Source: Deinococcota bacterium
Lineage (GTDB): Bacteria; Deinococcota; Deinococci; Deinococcales; Thermaceae
DNA length: 64,000 bases
NCBI GenBank assembly: GCA_041695225.1
Contig: JBGFRI010000037.1
Coordinates: forward strand, 61,647 to 125,646
Direction: 5' to 3'
Position 1 is the stretch's first letter. Each line of letters opens with the position of its first letter. Of this stretch, positions 1 through 9,770 are shown piece by piece. Under the pieces are notes generated by a model, which did not search any database, was not told the origin of the DNA, and worked only from the letters and a program-made list of their open reading frames with translations. Made by a program: the position numbers and the translations under genes.

Positions 1-137
1 CCCGCGTACAACTCTGCCACCGTGACCACAGAGATGAGGAGCCGCTCTTGTCGTGCCTCGACATAGCTGACGGCTGCGGGATAGTCGAGCAGATAATCAA
101 TCAGGACATCAGTGTCGATCAGCAATTGGGTCGCCAT
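1..137 (-). CDS. VapC/PIN-domain toxin, 5' part (runs off the left edge)
   Basis: Manual translation from ATG at 137: MATQLLIDTDVLIDYLLDYPAAVSYVEARQERLLISVVTVAELYAG. Has the PIN N-terminal LLIDTDVLID motif and the SxxTxAE motif; overlaps the 3' end of the upstream small ORF. Confidence 0.85.
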   Translation of the reverse strand, partial: MATQLLIDTDVLIDYLLDYPAAVSYVEARQERLLISVVTVAELYA

Positions 138-381
138 CGTCGGGTTCCGTCTGCCGGTCACATTCGTGTCGCAAATCGGTAAGTGAGGGAAGATCGGTCC
201 GGTCTTTCCACATACCATGTGCTTGCCGCAGCAGACGCAGGCGATCCTCAGACAAGAACGCCGCGATCAATTGCTTAATGGCGTAATGGACTAATTCGTC
301 TGGTGTTTTCCCCGCACTTTGCGCCATGGTCTCTAGCGCCGCTTGTTCTTGTTCTGTCAGGTGCAGTCCTGCTATAGCCAT
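109..381 (-). CDS. Putative antitoxin (CopG/RHH-like) of the VapBC pair
   Basis: 90-aa ORF (MAIAGLHLTEQEQAALETMAQ...AHGMWKDRTDL) directly upstream of and overlapping the PIN gene. Start could be 388. Confidence 0.7.
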   Translation of the reverse strand: MAIAGLHLTEQEQAALETMAQSAGKTPDELVHYAIKQLIAAFLSEDRLRLLRQAHGMWKDRTDLPSLTDLRHECDRQTEPDDGDPIADRH

Positions 382-472
382 CGGGCATTCCCTTCCTTTC
401 GTGTATACCACTTTAAGACCATGGGAAGCAACAATCAAGCGCTTTCGTGTTCGGGCTGCCAAGGCCGAAGGC

Positions 473-576
473 ACCAAACGCCGGGAATCACCTGCCGCGC
501 ACTCAACAGTACAAGCACCAAAGTCTCGCGGATGAAAGCCAAGCTATTCGCGGTCGGGTGTATGCCGTTGTTAGAT
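473..576 (-). mobile_element. Integron attC site
   Basis: Minus strand reads ATCTAAC-AACGG-CATACAC-CCGACCGCG...CGCGGCAG-GTGATTC-CCGGC-GTTTGGT: RYYYAAC and GTT core boxes, L boxes with an extrahelical base, paired arms. Lies just after the stop of the 74-aa ORF. Confidence 0.75.
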
Positions 577-613
577 TTGCGTGCCATTACTCAAGATTCG
601 ATCGCGGGTGTTC

Positions 614-838
614 TCATTTGCGTGACAGATTATCTATGCCTGAACTAACGTTACTTACGCCCATCTCGACGAGACTTACTTCGTCGTGTAAATCTTTTAA
701 GGTGTAGCCTCCCCCAAGACTTTCAATCGCGGTTTCCACACCCTCCAATCTTTCAATAACATCGCTCAATTTATCTGAGATTTCGCTGAGCTTTAACCCA
801 AGAGACTCAACAGCAAAAAGCAGCTCTTCCATGCTCAT
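614..838 (-). CDS. Small coiled-coil hypothetical protein, integron cassette ORF
   Basis: 74 aa with a heptad-like L/I/V pattern, GGGAGG SD upstream, lower GC, lies between the attI-like site and attC. Confidence 0.65.
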   Translation of the reverse strand: MSMEELLFAVESLGLKLSEISDKLSDVIERLEGVETAIESLGGGYTLKDLHDEVSLVEMGVSNVSSGIDNLSRK

Positions 839-890
839 TCCTCCCGCTTCCTATTCTTCGCCAGATTCAATACTATGACTGGGCTACTAC

Positions 891-958
891 ACATAACCGG
901 AGGTCTCTAGTAGTTATACCGCAGGTGCGGTATAACACACAAAATAGGGATGTTATGC
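891..958 (-). mobile_element. Putative attI (or atypical attC) recombination site
   Basis: Minus strand GCATAAC...GTTATGT core boxes enclose a perfect inverted repeat GTTATACCGCA-gg-TGCGGTATAAC (913-936). Sits between the intI remnant and the first cassette. Confidence 0.5.
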
Positions 959-995
959 CGCAATTTATGAGATTCAGAGTCAGACGATACTGTAG

Positions 996-1120
996 TCATC
1001 TAAAAGATCCCCCTTCCTGAGCTCAGTGCATGATTCCACTTAGGTTCGACACCTGGCTGGTAGCACCGAGAGGCCGTATCTGTGTTACACTACGCAACCT
1101 ATTTTATCAGGTTCCACCGG
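996..1120 (+). pseudogene. Integron integrase (IntI) N-terminal remnant
   Basis: Translation SSKRSPFLSSVHDST*VRHLAGSTERPYLCYTTQ, then a frameshift, then FIRFHR. This matches the IntI N-terminal pattern (SPFL..VR..IR.RH.A..TE..Y..W...FIRFH). Internal stop at 1041; divergent from the cassettes. Confidence 0.6.
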
Positions 1121-1361
1121 CTCACCGCCACACAAGGGTCGGTTTTGCCGACTGCCAGCCACCAACGGGAGGGCTCGAGCCGTCTTCCCTGGCCTTTCCC
1201 GGCTCTCAGTTCCTCAGCCAGCGTACCGCGACCTCGAGCGTTGGTCAGGGTCGGGAGGTTTGCATGCCCAGTTTGTCATTTTCAGCCCATTTTCGACCCT
1301 ATTTGGGTCGGGCCAGGGTACATTTATACCTGGCAGCTTTCTGGCATACTATTCAGAAGTC

Positions 1362-1781
1362 ATGGAGCCGTCGCCCATCAATCCTTTACGCCCAGTGTGG
1401 CTTTTGTTGGGTTTCTTTTTTGTAGCCCTGGGGTTTGTTGGTACGGTAGTGCCGGGGATGCCCTCCACGGTGTTTTTTATTCTGGCCGCCTACTTTTTCT
1501 CCCGCAGCAGCAAACGCTTTCTGAACTGGGTGCTAAACCTGCCCAAAGTGGGTCCACTGGTGCGCGACTACCGCTCAGGGCTGGGGATGCCTCGCAAAGC
1601 CAAGGTATTCGCCCTGTGCATGCTGAGTTTTTTCGCCCTTACCAGTGCAATCTTTTTGATTCCCATTCTCTGGGTAAAGGCCCTGGTGCTGGTACTGGGG
1701 CTGGTGGGTTTCTGGTTCATACACAGCCGGATTCCCACCAAAGAAATTGTGCTGGCCCAGCGCCAGGTGGAAGCCCAGTAA
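1362..1781 (+). CDS. YbaN/DUF454 family inner-membrane protein
   Basis: LGFVGTVVPGMPSTVFFILAAYFFSRSS motif; hydrophobic helices. Confidence 0.85.
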   Translation: MEPSPINPLRPVWLLLGFFFVALGFVGTVVPGMPSTVFFILAAYFFSRSSKRFLNWVLNLPKVGPLVRDYRSGLGMPRKAKVFALCMLSFFALTSAIFLIPILWVKALVLVLGLVGFWFIHSRIPTKEIVLAQRQVEAQ

Positions 1782-1825
1782 CCTAAACGGGTATCCAGGG
1801 GTAGCCGGTAAGGCGGCTTTCCTGG

Positions 1826-2383
1826 CTATCTGATTACCGCGAAAGGCCGCCCCGTTACCGAGACCAGGCCCTGGTTGATGGAGAGGGCTCCGCCTGTGCT
1901 AGTGGCCTCAATCCGGATGGCTACCCGGAAGGCCCCACCCCGAATAATCTCCAGGGCACTGGTGTTCTGAGTCTCGCTCATAGCAATATCGATGGTTACT
2001 TCCTGGGTGCTTCCTACCGGCACGCTGAAACTGCCTGACCCTAGCCCAGTGTCGCCTCCAGCGTTGTCGTTGACGTTGGTGTCGCTTGCGGGCGCCAGGC
2101 GTAATTCGTAGTTGCCGCTAAAGTTTGAGTTGCCGGTATTGGTGATGGTGAATACCACCAGGGTCTGCCCACGCTCGAGGATATCGAGGCGGAACGGCAG
2201 GGGAACCAGTAGCCCTTCCGGCCTGTTCCCCGGGAACAATAGCGAGCCCGAGCCTGGCGGGATGGTCAGGGTGCGCTGGTCTTGGGCGATGAAGGTGATG
2301 AGATTGACGTTCGGGGTGTAGCGGGTGGGTGCGCTGCATCCCACAAGCAACAAGACCAGGGTAACAAATGAAAGTTTACGCAT
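1826..2383 (-). CDS. Hypothetical lipoprotein
   Basis: Signal peptide with lipobox LVGC; beta-rich body. Confidence 0.7.
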   Translation of the reverse strand: MRKLSFVTLVLLLVGCSAPTRYTPNVNLITFIAQDQRTLTIPPGSGSLLFPGNRPEGLLVPLPFRLDILERGQTLVVFTITNTGNSNFSGNYELRLAPASDTNVNDNAGGDTGLGSGSFSVPVGSTQEVTIDIAMSETQNTSALEIIRGGAFRVAIRIEATSTGGALSINQGLVSVTGRPFAVIR

Positions 2384-2386
2384 GGA

Positions 2387-2692
2387 TCACCTCAAAACCC
2401 CAGACCCAGGCTCGGGCCGATACCAAACACGGTATAGCCCACGATGGGCGCCCGGTGGGTTGCTCTCAGGGCAGAAGACCTGGCTCAGTACCCCAAGGGG
2501 TAGCCGAAAACCCGGGTCTGAGCCGTAGAGCTCGACCGGAAATGCCGCATAGGCTGGGTTGAGGAGTGCTGCGCCTGGACAGGGTATAACCAGGCCAGCC
2601 ATACCCAGACTGCGCACGCCCTGGGAGAGACCGAGTCCGCCAAACAAGACCACCATCGCTGGCCAGATCAGAGCATGCATATTACGCTCCAT
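2387..2692 (-). CDS. Hypothetical exported protein (possibly truncated)
   Basis: Hydrophobic N-terminus then GVRSLGMAG...NPAYAA; packed between ruvC and the lipoprotein gene. Start uncertain. Confidence 0.45.
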   Translation of the reverse strand: MERNMHALIWPAMVVLFGGLGLSQGVRSLGMAGLVIPCPGAALLNPAYAAFPVELYGSDPGFRLPLGVLSQVFCPESNPPGAHRGLYRVWYRPEPGSGVLR

Positions 2693-2707
2693 TGTAAAAC
2701 CTGGCCG

Positions 2708-3202
2708 CTAGCTTACCTGTTTACCACGTACGACCGGGTTATAGAAGCAGTGAGTAAGAGCAATGGCCAGGGCGTCGGCCAGATGGGTGGGCTGGGGAGT
2801 GGTTTTGAGTCCAAGAATAGCCCGCACCATGAAGGCCACCTGACCCTTGTCGGCTTGCCCAGTGCCCACCAGGGCTTGTTTGACCCTGGGCGGCCCATAG
2901 CCATAGACGGGAATGCAGGTCTGATCGGCTACCAGTAATACAGCCCCCATGGCCCAGCCCACCCGGTAGGCCAGCTCGTTCTGGCGGTAGAAAAACTGTT
3001 CCTCCACCGCAATGGCCTGGGGCTGGTAGGTCGTAGCTACCTCGTACACCGCCCGGTAGAGCGTCCCCACCCGCAACGAAGCCGAATCGCCGGGGTCAGT
3101 CTTGACCACCGCGGCATGCAGCATCCGGGCCTGCTTGCCCACCTGCTCGACCACGCCCAGGCCCAGGTTGGTTATGCCAGGGTCAATGCCAAGAACAATC
3201 AT
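2708..3202 (-). CDS. ruvC: Crossover junction endodeoxyribonuclease RuvC
   Basis: LGIDPG, AVEEQFF, ADKGQV and ADALAIALTH motifs. Confidence 0.95.
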   Translation of the reverse strand: MIVLGIDPGITNLGLGVVEQVGKQARMLHAAVVKTDPGDSASLRVGTLYRAVYEVATTYQPQAIAVEEQFFYRQNELAYRVGWAMGAVLLVADQTCIPVYGYGPPRVKQALVGTGQADKGQVAFMVRAILGLKTTPQPTHLADALAIALTHCFYNPVVRGKQVS

Positions 3203-3262
3203 GTCTCATGTCTCAGGTCTCAGGTCTCGTGTCTGGCGTCATGCGACCTGAGACTTGCGACA
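3201..3262. repeat. Inverted pair of 7-bp tandem arrays between ftsZ and ruvC
   Basis: (GTCTCAT/GTCTCAG)n followed by GCGACCT-GAGACTT-GCGAC. Confidence 0.75.
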
Positions 3263-3268
3263 ACTCTG

Positions 3269-4333
3269 TTAGTTGCCCCTTTTGGGTGGGTAGTCGCCAT
3301 CGCCGTAGCGGATGAAGGCCGGGATGTCAAAGTTGCCAAGATCCACGTTGCTGGTGGGGAAGTCCATAAGCGGACGACCGCCGGGCTTGGCGACGACTGC
3401 GCTTTCGTTAAAACCCGCCGCAATCAGGATCACCCTCATCTCGTCCTGGGCGCGGGTATCGTAGTTGAGGCCATACAGCACGTCTACCTCCTCCACTCCG
3501 GTGGCTTCGCGGATCTGCTCCACCACACTGCTGGCTTCCAAGAGCGAGATATCCTCGCCGCCCACCACATTTATCAAAAGCTTGCGGGCGCCGTCTACCG
3601 AGCGGTCCAGCAGCGGGCTCTGGATGGCCGACTGGGCGGCTTCAGCCACCTTGTTCTCGCCCCGGCCTGCACCGATGCCCATTAAGACCTGGCCCGCCCC
3701 TGCGAGCAGGGTGCGTACATCGGCAAAGTCGAGATTAATCTGGCCAGGTAGACTGATAACGTCGGTGATGCCTTTTACCCCGTGGTAGAGCACCCGGTCT
3801 GCAATCATAAAGGCATCCTTGGCCGAGACTTTTTTATCCAAGGCGCCCAGCAGTCGGTCGTTGGAGATGACCACCATGGCATCTACCTGCTCACGCAGGC
3901 GCTTGATGCCTTCCTCGGCAGCCCTCAGCCGGCGCGGGCCCTCCCAGGCGAAAGGGCGGGTGACGACCCCCACCGCAAGGACACCCAAACCTTTGGCAAT
4001 TTCGGCTACCACCGGGGCGCTTCCCGTACCCGTGCCACCGCCCATCCCGGCGGTGATGAAGATCATATCCGAGCCTTCCAGGTACTCCGCTATTAGCTCC
4101 TCGGCCTCGAGGGCAGCTTTCTCGCCGATCTCGGGGTTGGCCCCGGCGCCCAGCCCACGGGTGAGTTTGTCGCCCAGCTGGATACGCGCATCGGTCAGAC
4201 TGGTGGCCAGTACCTGGGCATCGGTGTTGGCGGCAATGAACTCCACGCCGGTGAGACCCGACTCGATCATGCGATTGACTGCGTTGTTTCCTGCGCCGCC
4301 AAGTCCGATTACTTTGATCTGCACTTCACCCAT
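3269..4333 (-). CDS. ftsZ: Cell division GTPase FtsZ
   Basis: [20 protein letters not shown] tubulin motif, NLDFADV, C-terminal DIPAFIR. Confidence 0.99.
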   Translation of the reverse strand: MGEVQIKVIGLGGAGNNAVNRMIESGLTGVEFIAANTDAQVLATSLTDARIQLGDKLTRGLGAGANPEIGEKAALEAEELIAEYLEGSDMIFITAGMGGGTGTGSAPVVAEIAKGLGVLAVGVVTRPFAWEGPRRLRAAEEGIKRLREQVDAMVVISNDRLLGALDKKVSAKDAFMIADRVLYHGVKGITDVISLPGQINLDFADVRTLLAGAGQVLMGIGAGRGENKVAEAAQSAIQSPLLDRSVDGARKLLINVVGGEDISLLEASSVVEQIREATGVEEVDVLYGLNYDTRAQDEMRVILIAAGFNESAVVAKPGGRPLMDFPTSNVDLGNFDIPAFIRYGDGDYPPKRGN

Positions 4334-4389
4334 AATCTCTCCTGGTTACTTTAGTGTTGCCCCGCGTGCTCCTTGCCGCCGATCTGCTG

Positions 4390-5667
4390 CTAAAACAAGT
4401 TCCTGAACAGTCCCTTAATGCGCTCCCACAGCCCGCCTGCGGCGCTGGCTGTGCCTTCGGGGTTGACGACATGCCTGACAGGTTGGCCGACCTTGCTTCG
4501 GCCAGGACGGTGCCCGCGTGCTAATGGAGACTGGACCGCTAGGCTTGCCGCATGGCGCACCAGACCTACTGCGGTTGCGTGGGTGGGAGAAGCTACTACA
4601 TCGGTCAGACCCTGCACCCCCAGGGGCTTGCCCAACCGGACCGGTAGATTGAACTGCTTGCGGGCCAGCTCTTCCAGGCCGCGCACCATGCTGGCGCCAC
4701 CGGTCACAATAACCTTGCCTACGGTGATTTCCAGCGGTCCTAAGGCTTCGTCCACACTCTGCCGAGCCAGATGCAGGATCTCCCGTAGGCGCGGGCGGAT
4801 GATGCGGGCCAGGTCCGGGGCCTGATAAGAAATCTGTGCAGCGCCCTCCTGGCTGACTTCCAGCACCAGCTCGGGGTCGGCCAGCTCGGGCAGCGCTGCC
4901 CCGTACTTTTTGCAGACCCGCTCGGCCTCCTCGACCGGAATTTGCAGTAGCTTGGCAATGTCTTGCGAGACATGGTCACCGCCCAGCGGGATGACGGCAG
5001 AGTGGGCCAGACGCCCCTGACGGAAGACGGCTACATCGGTAGTACCTCCGCCAACGTCTACCAGCATCACCGTCATGGAAAGTTCTTCGGGCGAGAGCAC
5101 CGCCAGCCCCGAGGCATAGGATTGCAGCACCATGCCCTGCAGGTCTAAGCCCGCGTCTTCTACAGCCTTGCGCAGATTGGTGAGGGGGCCTTTGCTCCCC
5201 GCCACCAGATGTACATCTACTTCCAGCCTTACCCCGGCCATGCCGGTGGGGTCGCGGATACCTTCCTGACCATCTACGCGGTAATCCAGTGGCAGGGCGT
5301 GAATGAGATCGTAATCGCCCTCGAAGGGATAGGCTTTGGCCTGCTCGATAGCCCGGTCCACGTCGGTCTGGGTAATCTGCTGCCCCCGCCGAATGGCAGC
5401 CAGGCCGTGGCTGGTTACGCTGCGCACATGGGCGCCGGCCACCCCCACCCAGACCTGCTCGGCCTTGACCCCGGCCACCCGCTCGGCTTGAAAGACGGCC
5501 TGGCGGATGGACTCGGAGGTGCGCTCGAGGTTGGTGACCACCCCTCGCCTGAGCCCCTGGGAAGGAACCGTACCTTCTCCGATAATGTCCAGAATGCCAT
5601 CCGAGGACAGCTCACCGATTACCGCGGTCACTTTGGTGGTTCCAACATCTAAGCCTACGAGAATCAT
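4390..5667 (-). CDS. ftsA: Cell division protein FtsA
   Basis: [22 protein letters not shown] actin-like motifs; immediately before ftsZ. Confidence 0.98.
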   Translation of the reverse strand: MILVGLDVGTTKVTAVIGELSSDGILDIIGEGTVPSQGLRRGVVTNLERTSESIRQAVFQAERVAGVKAEQVWVGVAGAHVRSVTSHGLAAIRRGQQITQTDVDRAIEQAKAYPFEGDYDLIHALPLDYRVDGQEGIRDPTGMAGVRLEVDVHLVAGSKGPLTNLRKAVEDAGLDLQGMVLQSYASGLAVLSPEELSMTVMLVDVGGGTTDVAVFRQGRLAHSAVIPLGGDHVSQDIAKLLQIPVEEAERVCKKYGAALPELADPELVLEVSQEGAAQISYQAPDLARIIRPRLREILHLARQSVDEALGPLEITVGKVIVTGGASMVRGLEELARKQFNLPVRLGKPLGVQGLTDVVASPTHATAVGLVRHAASLAVQSPLARGHRPGRSKVGQPVRHVVNPEGTASAAGGLWERIKGLFRNLF

Positions 5668-6296
5668 CGGCGAGCACTCACCCCCCAGGAATACACATAG
5701 ATTCGGCTACCCGACATAGCGCCGAGGTGTGCAAGAGAGTTGCTTGCGCCACGTCTGCCTATTCTGCTAAGTTTAGCCCAATCTTGCAACTCCCTGACAT
5801 TTCTACCCCAGACATTAAGATCGGGCCCCAAGACCTGATAGCCCCCTACGTTGTAGCGGATGCGCTGGGCTTGGGGGAAGGTCTGCATGAGCAATAACAA
5901 GTCAGCAAGAGGAATTTCGCCGGGATGCCCTTCAACCACCAGCCGCTGAACAGCCGCCCCTGGCAGCAGCGTTCCATCGGCGGCCAGACCGTAACGCTGG
6001 CCCCTGAGCACCAGACTGGCAACTGGCACTCGTTCTTCTAGTACTACTTCTAGCCTGCCGGGGGCAGGGCGGTTCAGGGCTGCGCTCTTGACCCAGGGGT
6101 TTTGCAGCAGAGGCTCTAGTTTATGTGGCCAGGCCCAGAGCCAGGCCGTCCCCGGCTTTAGGCCGGTTATCTGGCGCACCTGGGCCGCGGAAAGCTGGCG
6201 GTTGCCCACCACCTCGACGCTCTCGACGGGTAAGGCCACCAGTGAGCCAACCGCCAGTGAGGCCAGAAGCAAGCCGATCAGTATGGCCCGGATCAC
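5664..6296 (-). CDS. ftsQ: FtsQ/DivIB-type POTRA protein
   Basis: TM helix then POTRA (VEVVGNRQLS...NPWVKSA...LEERVP); between murB and ftsA. GTG start at 6296 inferred. Confidence 0.85.
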   Translation of the reverse strand: MIRAILIGLLLASLAVGSLVALPVESVEVVGNRQLSAAQVRQITGLKPGTAWLWAWPHKLEPLLQNPWVKSAALNRPAPGRLEVVLEERVPVASLVLRGQRYGLAADGTLLPGAAVQRLVVEGHPGEIPLADLLLLMQTFPQAQRIRYNVGGYQVLGPDLNVWGRNVRELQDWAKLSRIGRRGASNSLAHLGAMSGSRIYVYSWGVSARR

Positions 6297-6429
6297 ACCA
6301 ACCCCCGTTCGAATAAGGGAGCACCGGGGAGCATTGCCTGCCATATGGAGCAGGGAGCAAAAGGCTGGCAAATTCGGTGCTGGACGTCTTTTGCTCTCCG
6401 GTTCCCGGCCCCCTCTGTGTTCACTCCCC

Positions 6430-7266
6430 TCACAAGCTCACCCCCATCTGGTCCGGTACGATCTCGCCCCAGATGTCCCACTCCAGCTGAAGCGGCAGCA
6501 CGGCCTGTACTTTGCAGACCAGGGCATAGATCTGCTCGGCGGTAGCCCCGCCCACGTTGACCAGGAAATTGCCGTGCTCGAGGCTGATCATGGCTCTGCC
6601 CACGGTAGTTCCTTTGAGACCCTTTAGGTCAATCAGGCGGCCCGCCGAGTCGCCTGGTGGGTTCTTGAAGGCGCAGCCCGCGCTTCTCTTTTTGGGCTGG
6701 CCCTTGCGGGCAGCATCTACCAGAGCAATTCGGGCCCGCACGGCTTCTGGGCTCGAGGGCTGTAACCCGAGCCTGACCCGCGTGACAATTCCGCCTGGGG
6801 GCAAAGCCGAATGCCGGTAGCCAAAGCCCAGCTGGTGGGGCTGGTACTGGTGCATGGCCCCATCGTGGAAAACCTCGACCTGTTCCAGGGCGCCGGCCAT
6901 CTCGCCGAAGCGGGTGCCTGCGTTCATCTTGACTGCGCCACCCAGCTGGGCCGGAACACCGTGCAGGCCTTCCAGTCCGCTCAGGCCCAGCCGCGCCGAA
7001 GCCTGTACCAGACCGGGCAGCAGCGCCCCCGCGCCCACCCAGCCCGAAAGGCCCGGGCTCCAGTCGGCAAACTCACCGCCCAGCCGGATGACCCGTTCCT
7101 TCACTCCTCCATCCGCCACCAGCAGATTGGAGCCGTTGCCCAGCACCCGGTATGGGGCCTGGGTAGCTTGCCGCAGGTCGGAAAGGGTTTCCACCGTCCA
7201 GATCTCGGCCTCGCCCCCTACCCCGATGGTGGTGAGCTGGGACATGGGCAGGCGTTCGACTCTCAT
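6430..7266 (-). CDS. murB: UDP-N-acetylmuramate dehydrogenase
   Basis: LGNGSNLL, GGAVKMNAG, FGYRHS, SAGCAFKNP, HGNFLVN. Confidence 0.97.
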   Translation of the reverse strand: MRVERLPMSQLTTIGVGGEAEIWTVETLSDLRQATQAPYRVLGNGSNLLVADGGVKERVIRLGGEFADWSPGLSGWVGAGALLPGLVQASARLGLSGLEGLHGVPAQLGGAVKMNAGTRFGEMAGALEQVEVFHDGAMHQYQPHQLGFGYRHSALPPGGIVTRVRLGLQPSSPEAVRARIALVDAARKGQPKKRSAGCAFKNPPGDSAGRLIDLKGLKGTTVGRAMISLEHGNFLVNVGGATAEQIYALVCKVQAVLPLQLEWDIWGEIVPDQMGVSL

Positions 7267-8636
7267 ACGGTCTCCTTGGCTGCTGCCAGCTGTCGCCCCA
7301 GCTGCGATACGCTTCCAGCGCCAATCGTCAGGATCAGATCGCCAGGTGTGGCGGTCTGGCGCAGGTAGCTCAGGGTGTTGTCCCAGTTGTCGTAGCGTGC
7401 AAGACGTTCTTTAGCCAGCAGGTGATCCAGGATCTGGTGGGCAATCTGGGCGCTGCTCAGGTTGAAGGGGGATTCGGCGGCGGCGTATACGTCCAGAAGC
7501 AGGGCTTCGTCGGCGTACTCGAGGGCCTGGGCATACTGCCGCCACTCCTGCTCACTGCGACCAAAGCGATGCGGCTGGAAGACGGCCCGCACCCGCAGGC
7601 CGGTGTTGCGGGCAGCCTTGAGCAAGGCCCCGAGTTTGGTGGCGTTGTGGGCATAGTCGTCCACAATCATGGCACCGTTTAGCTGGCCCACCTTTTCAAA
7701 ACGGCGGCTGGCCCCTACGTGCTGGTACAGCCCCTGCTGGACCGCATCAAAGCCAATGCCCGCGACTAAAGCAGCAGCGCTGGCAGCCAGCGCGTTGGCG
7801 ATGTTGTATTCGCCCGGAACTTGCAGCTTCACAACCCCCAGGGTTTTGCCCTGCCAGACCAGATCAAAACGACTACCAAAGGGCATTAGCACCACATTTG
7901 CAGCGTGGCAGTCGCCGGTTTGCAGCCCAAAGCTAAAGCGCGGCCTGCCCTGGGTCAGCGCGTCCAGCAGCTGCCAGCGGGGCTCGGCGTTGTATATGAC
8001 CTGGGCGGCCCGGCTGGCGAACGAGCACATGGCGTCCTGCAGCGCATCGAATGAAGCGTGGTAGTTGGGCCGGGCCCGCCCGTCGGGCGATACGTGGTCG
8101 GTCTCGAGGTTGGTAATCACCGCCAGGTCTAACTCCACAAAGCGAAATAGCGGGTCGGACTCGTCCACCTCGGCAATCCGATACGGTCCCGACCCCACCT
8201 TGGCGCTGCCTCCAATCAGGCTCAGTTCTGCGCCCAAGAGCACCGTAGGGTCGGTCCGGGCGGCGATAAAGATGCTGGCCAGCATCGAGGTGGTGCTGGT
8301 CTTGCCGTGCGACCCGGTAACGCCCAGGCTATAGCCGCCGCGCAGTATCTCGGCCACCACCTGGATCCGGCGCCAGATCGGAATGCCCAGGGCGTGAGCG
8401 GCGACGAGTTCGGGCTCGCCCTCCGGTATGGCGGTAGAGGCTACCAGTACGTCTACCCCTGGCAGATGTTCGGGGCTGTGGCCCTGCACTACCCTAATGC
8501 CTTCGCGCCCCAGGCGGCGGGTCAGGTCCGAGGGCTGGCTATCGCAGCCGCTGACCAGATGCCCGTCCTGACGCAGGATGCGGGCCAGACCGCTCATGCT
8601 GATCCCGCCAATACCCATCAGGTGATAGTGCTTCAC
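7263..8636 (-). CDS. murC: UDP-N-acetylmuramate--L-alanine ligase
   Basis: GIGGISMSGLA, GSHGKTSTT, EVDESD, DDYAH. Confidence 0.96.
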   Translation of the reverse strand: MKHYHLMGIGGISMSGLARILRQDGHLVSGCDSQPSDLTRRLGREGIRVVQGHSPEHLPGVDVLVASTAIPEGEPELVAAHALGIPIWRRIQVVAEILRGGYSLGVTGSHGKTSTTSMLASIFIAARTDPTVLLGAELSLIGGSAKVGSGPYRIAEVDESDPLFRFVELDLAVITNLETDHVSPDGRARPNYHASFDALQDAMCSFASRAAQVIYNAEPRWQLLDALTQGRPRFSFGLQTGDCHAANVVLMPFGSRFDLVWQGKTLGVVKLQVPGEYNIANALAASAAALVAGIGFDAVQQGLYQHVGASRRFEKVGQLNGAMIVDDYAHNATKLGALLKAARNTGLRVRAVFQPHRFGRSEQEWRQYAQALEYADEALLLDVYAAAESPFNLSSAQIAHQILDHLLAKERLARYDNWDNTLSYLRQTATPGDLILTIGAGSVSQLGRQLAAAKETV

Positions 8637-9667
8637 GCCGCCTCCAAAACGATCCGGGCCAGCCGCCCGGCTGCTCCGGCCGGCGACAACCCTTTAAGAC
8701 TATCGCGGATCTGGGCCCGCGTGGAGGGGTCGAGCAGAGCATTAAGCTGGGACTCGAACTGATCCCAGGAGTCTAGCCGCCGGGCTGCGCCGCGCCCAGC
8801 ATAAAAGCCCAGGTTGGCCCACTGGGCCCCGCCGTCCAGGCTGCGCGGCAGTGGCACACCCAGAACCGGGACCTGATGATAGGCTGCTTCCGCCAGGGTA
8901 CCCGCCCCGCCGCGGGTGATGGCAAACTCGGCCGCGCTCCAGGCCAGCACACTGTCCAGATAACCCCGCACCACGTAACGGGGCCGTTCTTTGGGCTTCA
9001 TCTCGTGCTCCCAGCGCAGACCAGACTGGTGGAGGACCTGCCACTCGCCCAGGAGAGGGTAGAGCCTCTCGGGCAGTTGTTCATTCAGTTCTTTGCTGCC
9101 CTGGCTTCCGCCCATGATCAGGATGGTAGGGCGCTCGGGATCCAGTCCAAGCGCAGCCCTGGCCTCGCTCTGCACACGCTTTTCTTCCCGCACTGGATAG
9201 CCCACCACCAGGGTTTTGGCAGCTAGTCGAGGATCGAGTTCGATGGGGGTAGAAAGAGTGACCCGGCGGGCCAGACGGGCTAGAATTCGATTAGCCAGCC
9301 CCAGTCTGGCGTTTTGTTCATGGATGACCAGGGGGATGCCCAGCAGGGCAGCTACCAGAGCCACGGGAAAGCCCGCATAACCGCCCATGCTCAATACCGC
9401 CCTGGGCCGCACCTCCCGCAGCACACGCCTGGCTTGCTGCAGGCCCCGAAAAACTTTTATCCCTTCCCCGGGGTGCAGCGCCTCGCGCGAGAGTTTGCCG
9501 GCTGGGATGATGCGAAAAGGCAGCCTGGCCTCGGGCAGTACCCGTTCTTCGATGCCGCCCTGGGCCCCTACATAGGTCACGGGCTCGCCCGCGGCCAGCA
9601 AAGCCCGCGCCGCGGCCAGCCCAGGATAAAGGTGGCCGCCGGTTCCGCCGCCGGTGACGATCACCAT
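8633..9667 (-). CDS. murG: Lipid I GlcNAc transferase MurG
   Basis: GGGTGGHLYP, HEQN, GGSQG, TRGGAGT. Confidence 0.97.
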   Translation of the reverse strand: MVIVTGGGTGGHLYPGLAAARALLAAGEPVTYVGAQGGIEERVLPEARLPFRIIPAGKLSREALHPGEGIKVFRGLQQARRVLREVRPRAVLSMGGYAGFPVALVAALLGIPLVIHEQNARLGLANRILARLARRVTLSTPIELDPRLAAKTLVVGYPVREEKRVQSEARAALGLDPERPTILIMGGSQGSKELNEQLPERLYPLLGEWQVLHQSGLRWEHEMKPKERPRYVVRGYLDSVLAWSAAEFAITRGGAGTLAEAAYHQVPVLGVPLPRSLDGGAQWANLGFYAGRGAARRLDSWDQFESQLNALLDPSTRAQIRDSLKGLSPAGAAGRLARIVLEAA

Positions 9668-9682
9668 GAGCCTCCATTACTG

Positions 9683-9762
9683 AGAGGGGGAGCAGGAGGA
9701 AGGGGGAGAGTGGGGGTGAAGGCCTCATCCCCCTTGCACCCCTGCACCCCTGCACCCCTGCG
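9683..9762. repeat. Inverted purine/pyrimidine 8-bp arrays between ftsW and murG
   Basis: GGGGAGCA-type units followed by about four CCCCTGCA units. Confidence 0.6.
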
Positions 9763-9770
9763 CGTCTTCA

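Noticed and set aside
1125..1260. Possible riboswitch or group II intron domain (hairpins GTCGG-ttttg-CCGAC and GAGCCG...CGGCTC)
   Set aside because: No diagnostic consensus could be matched by eye; an Rfam scan is needed.
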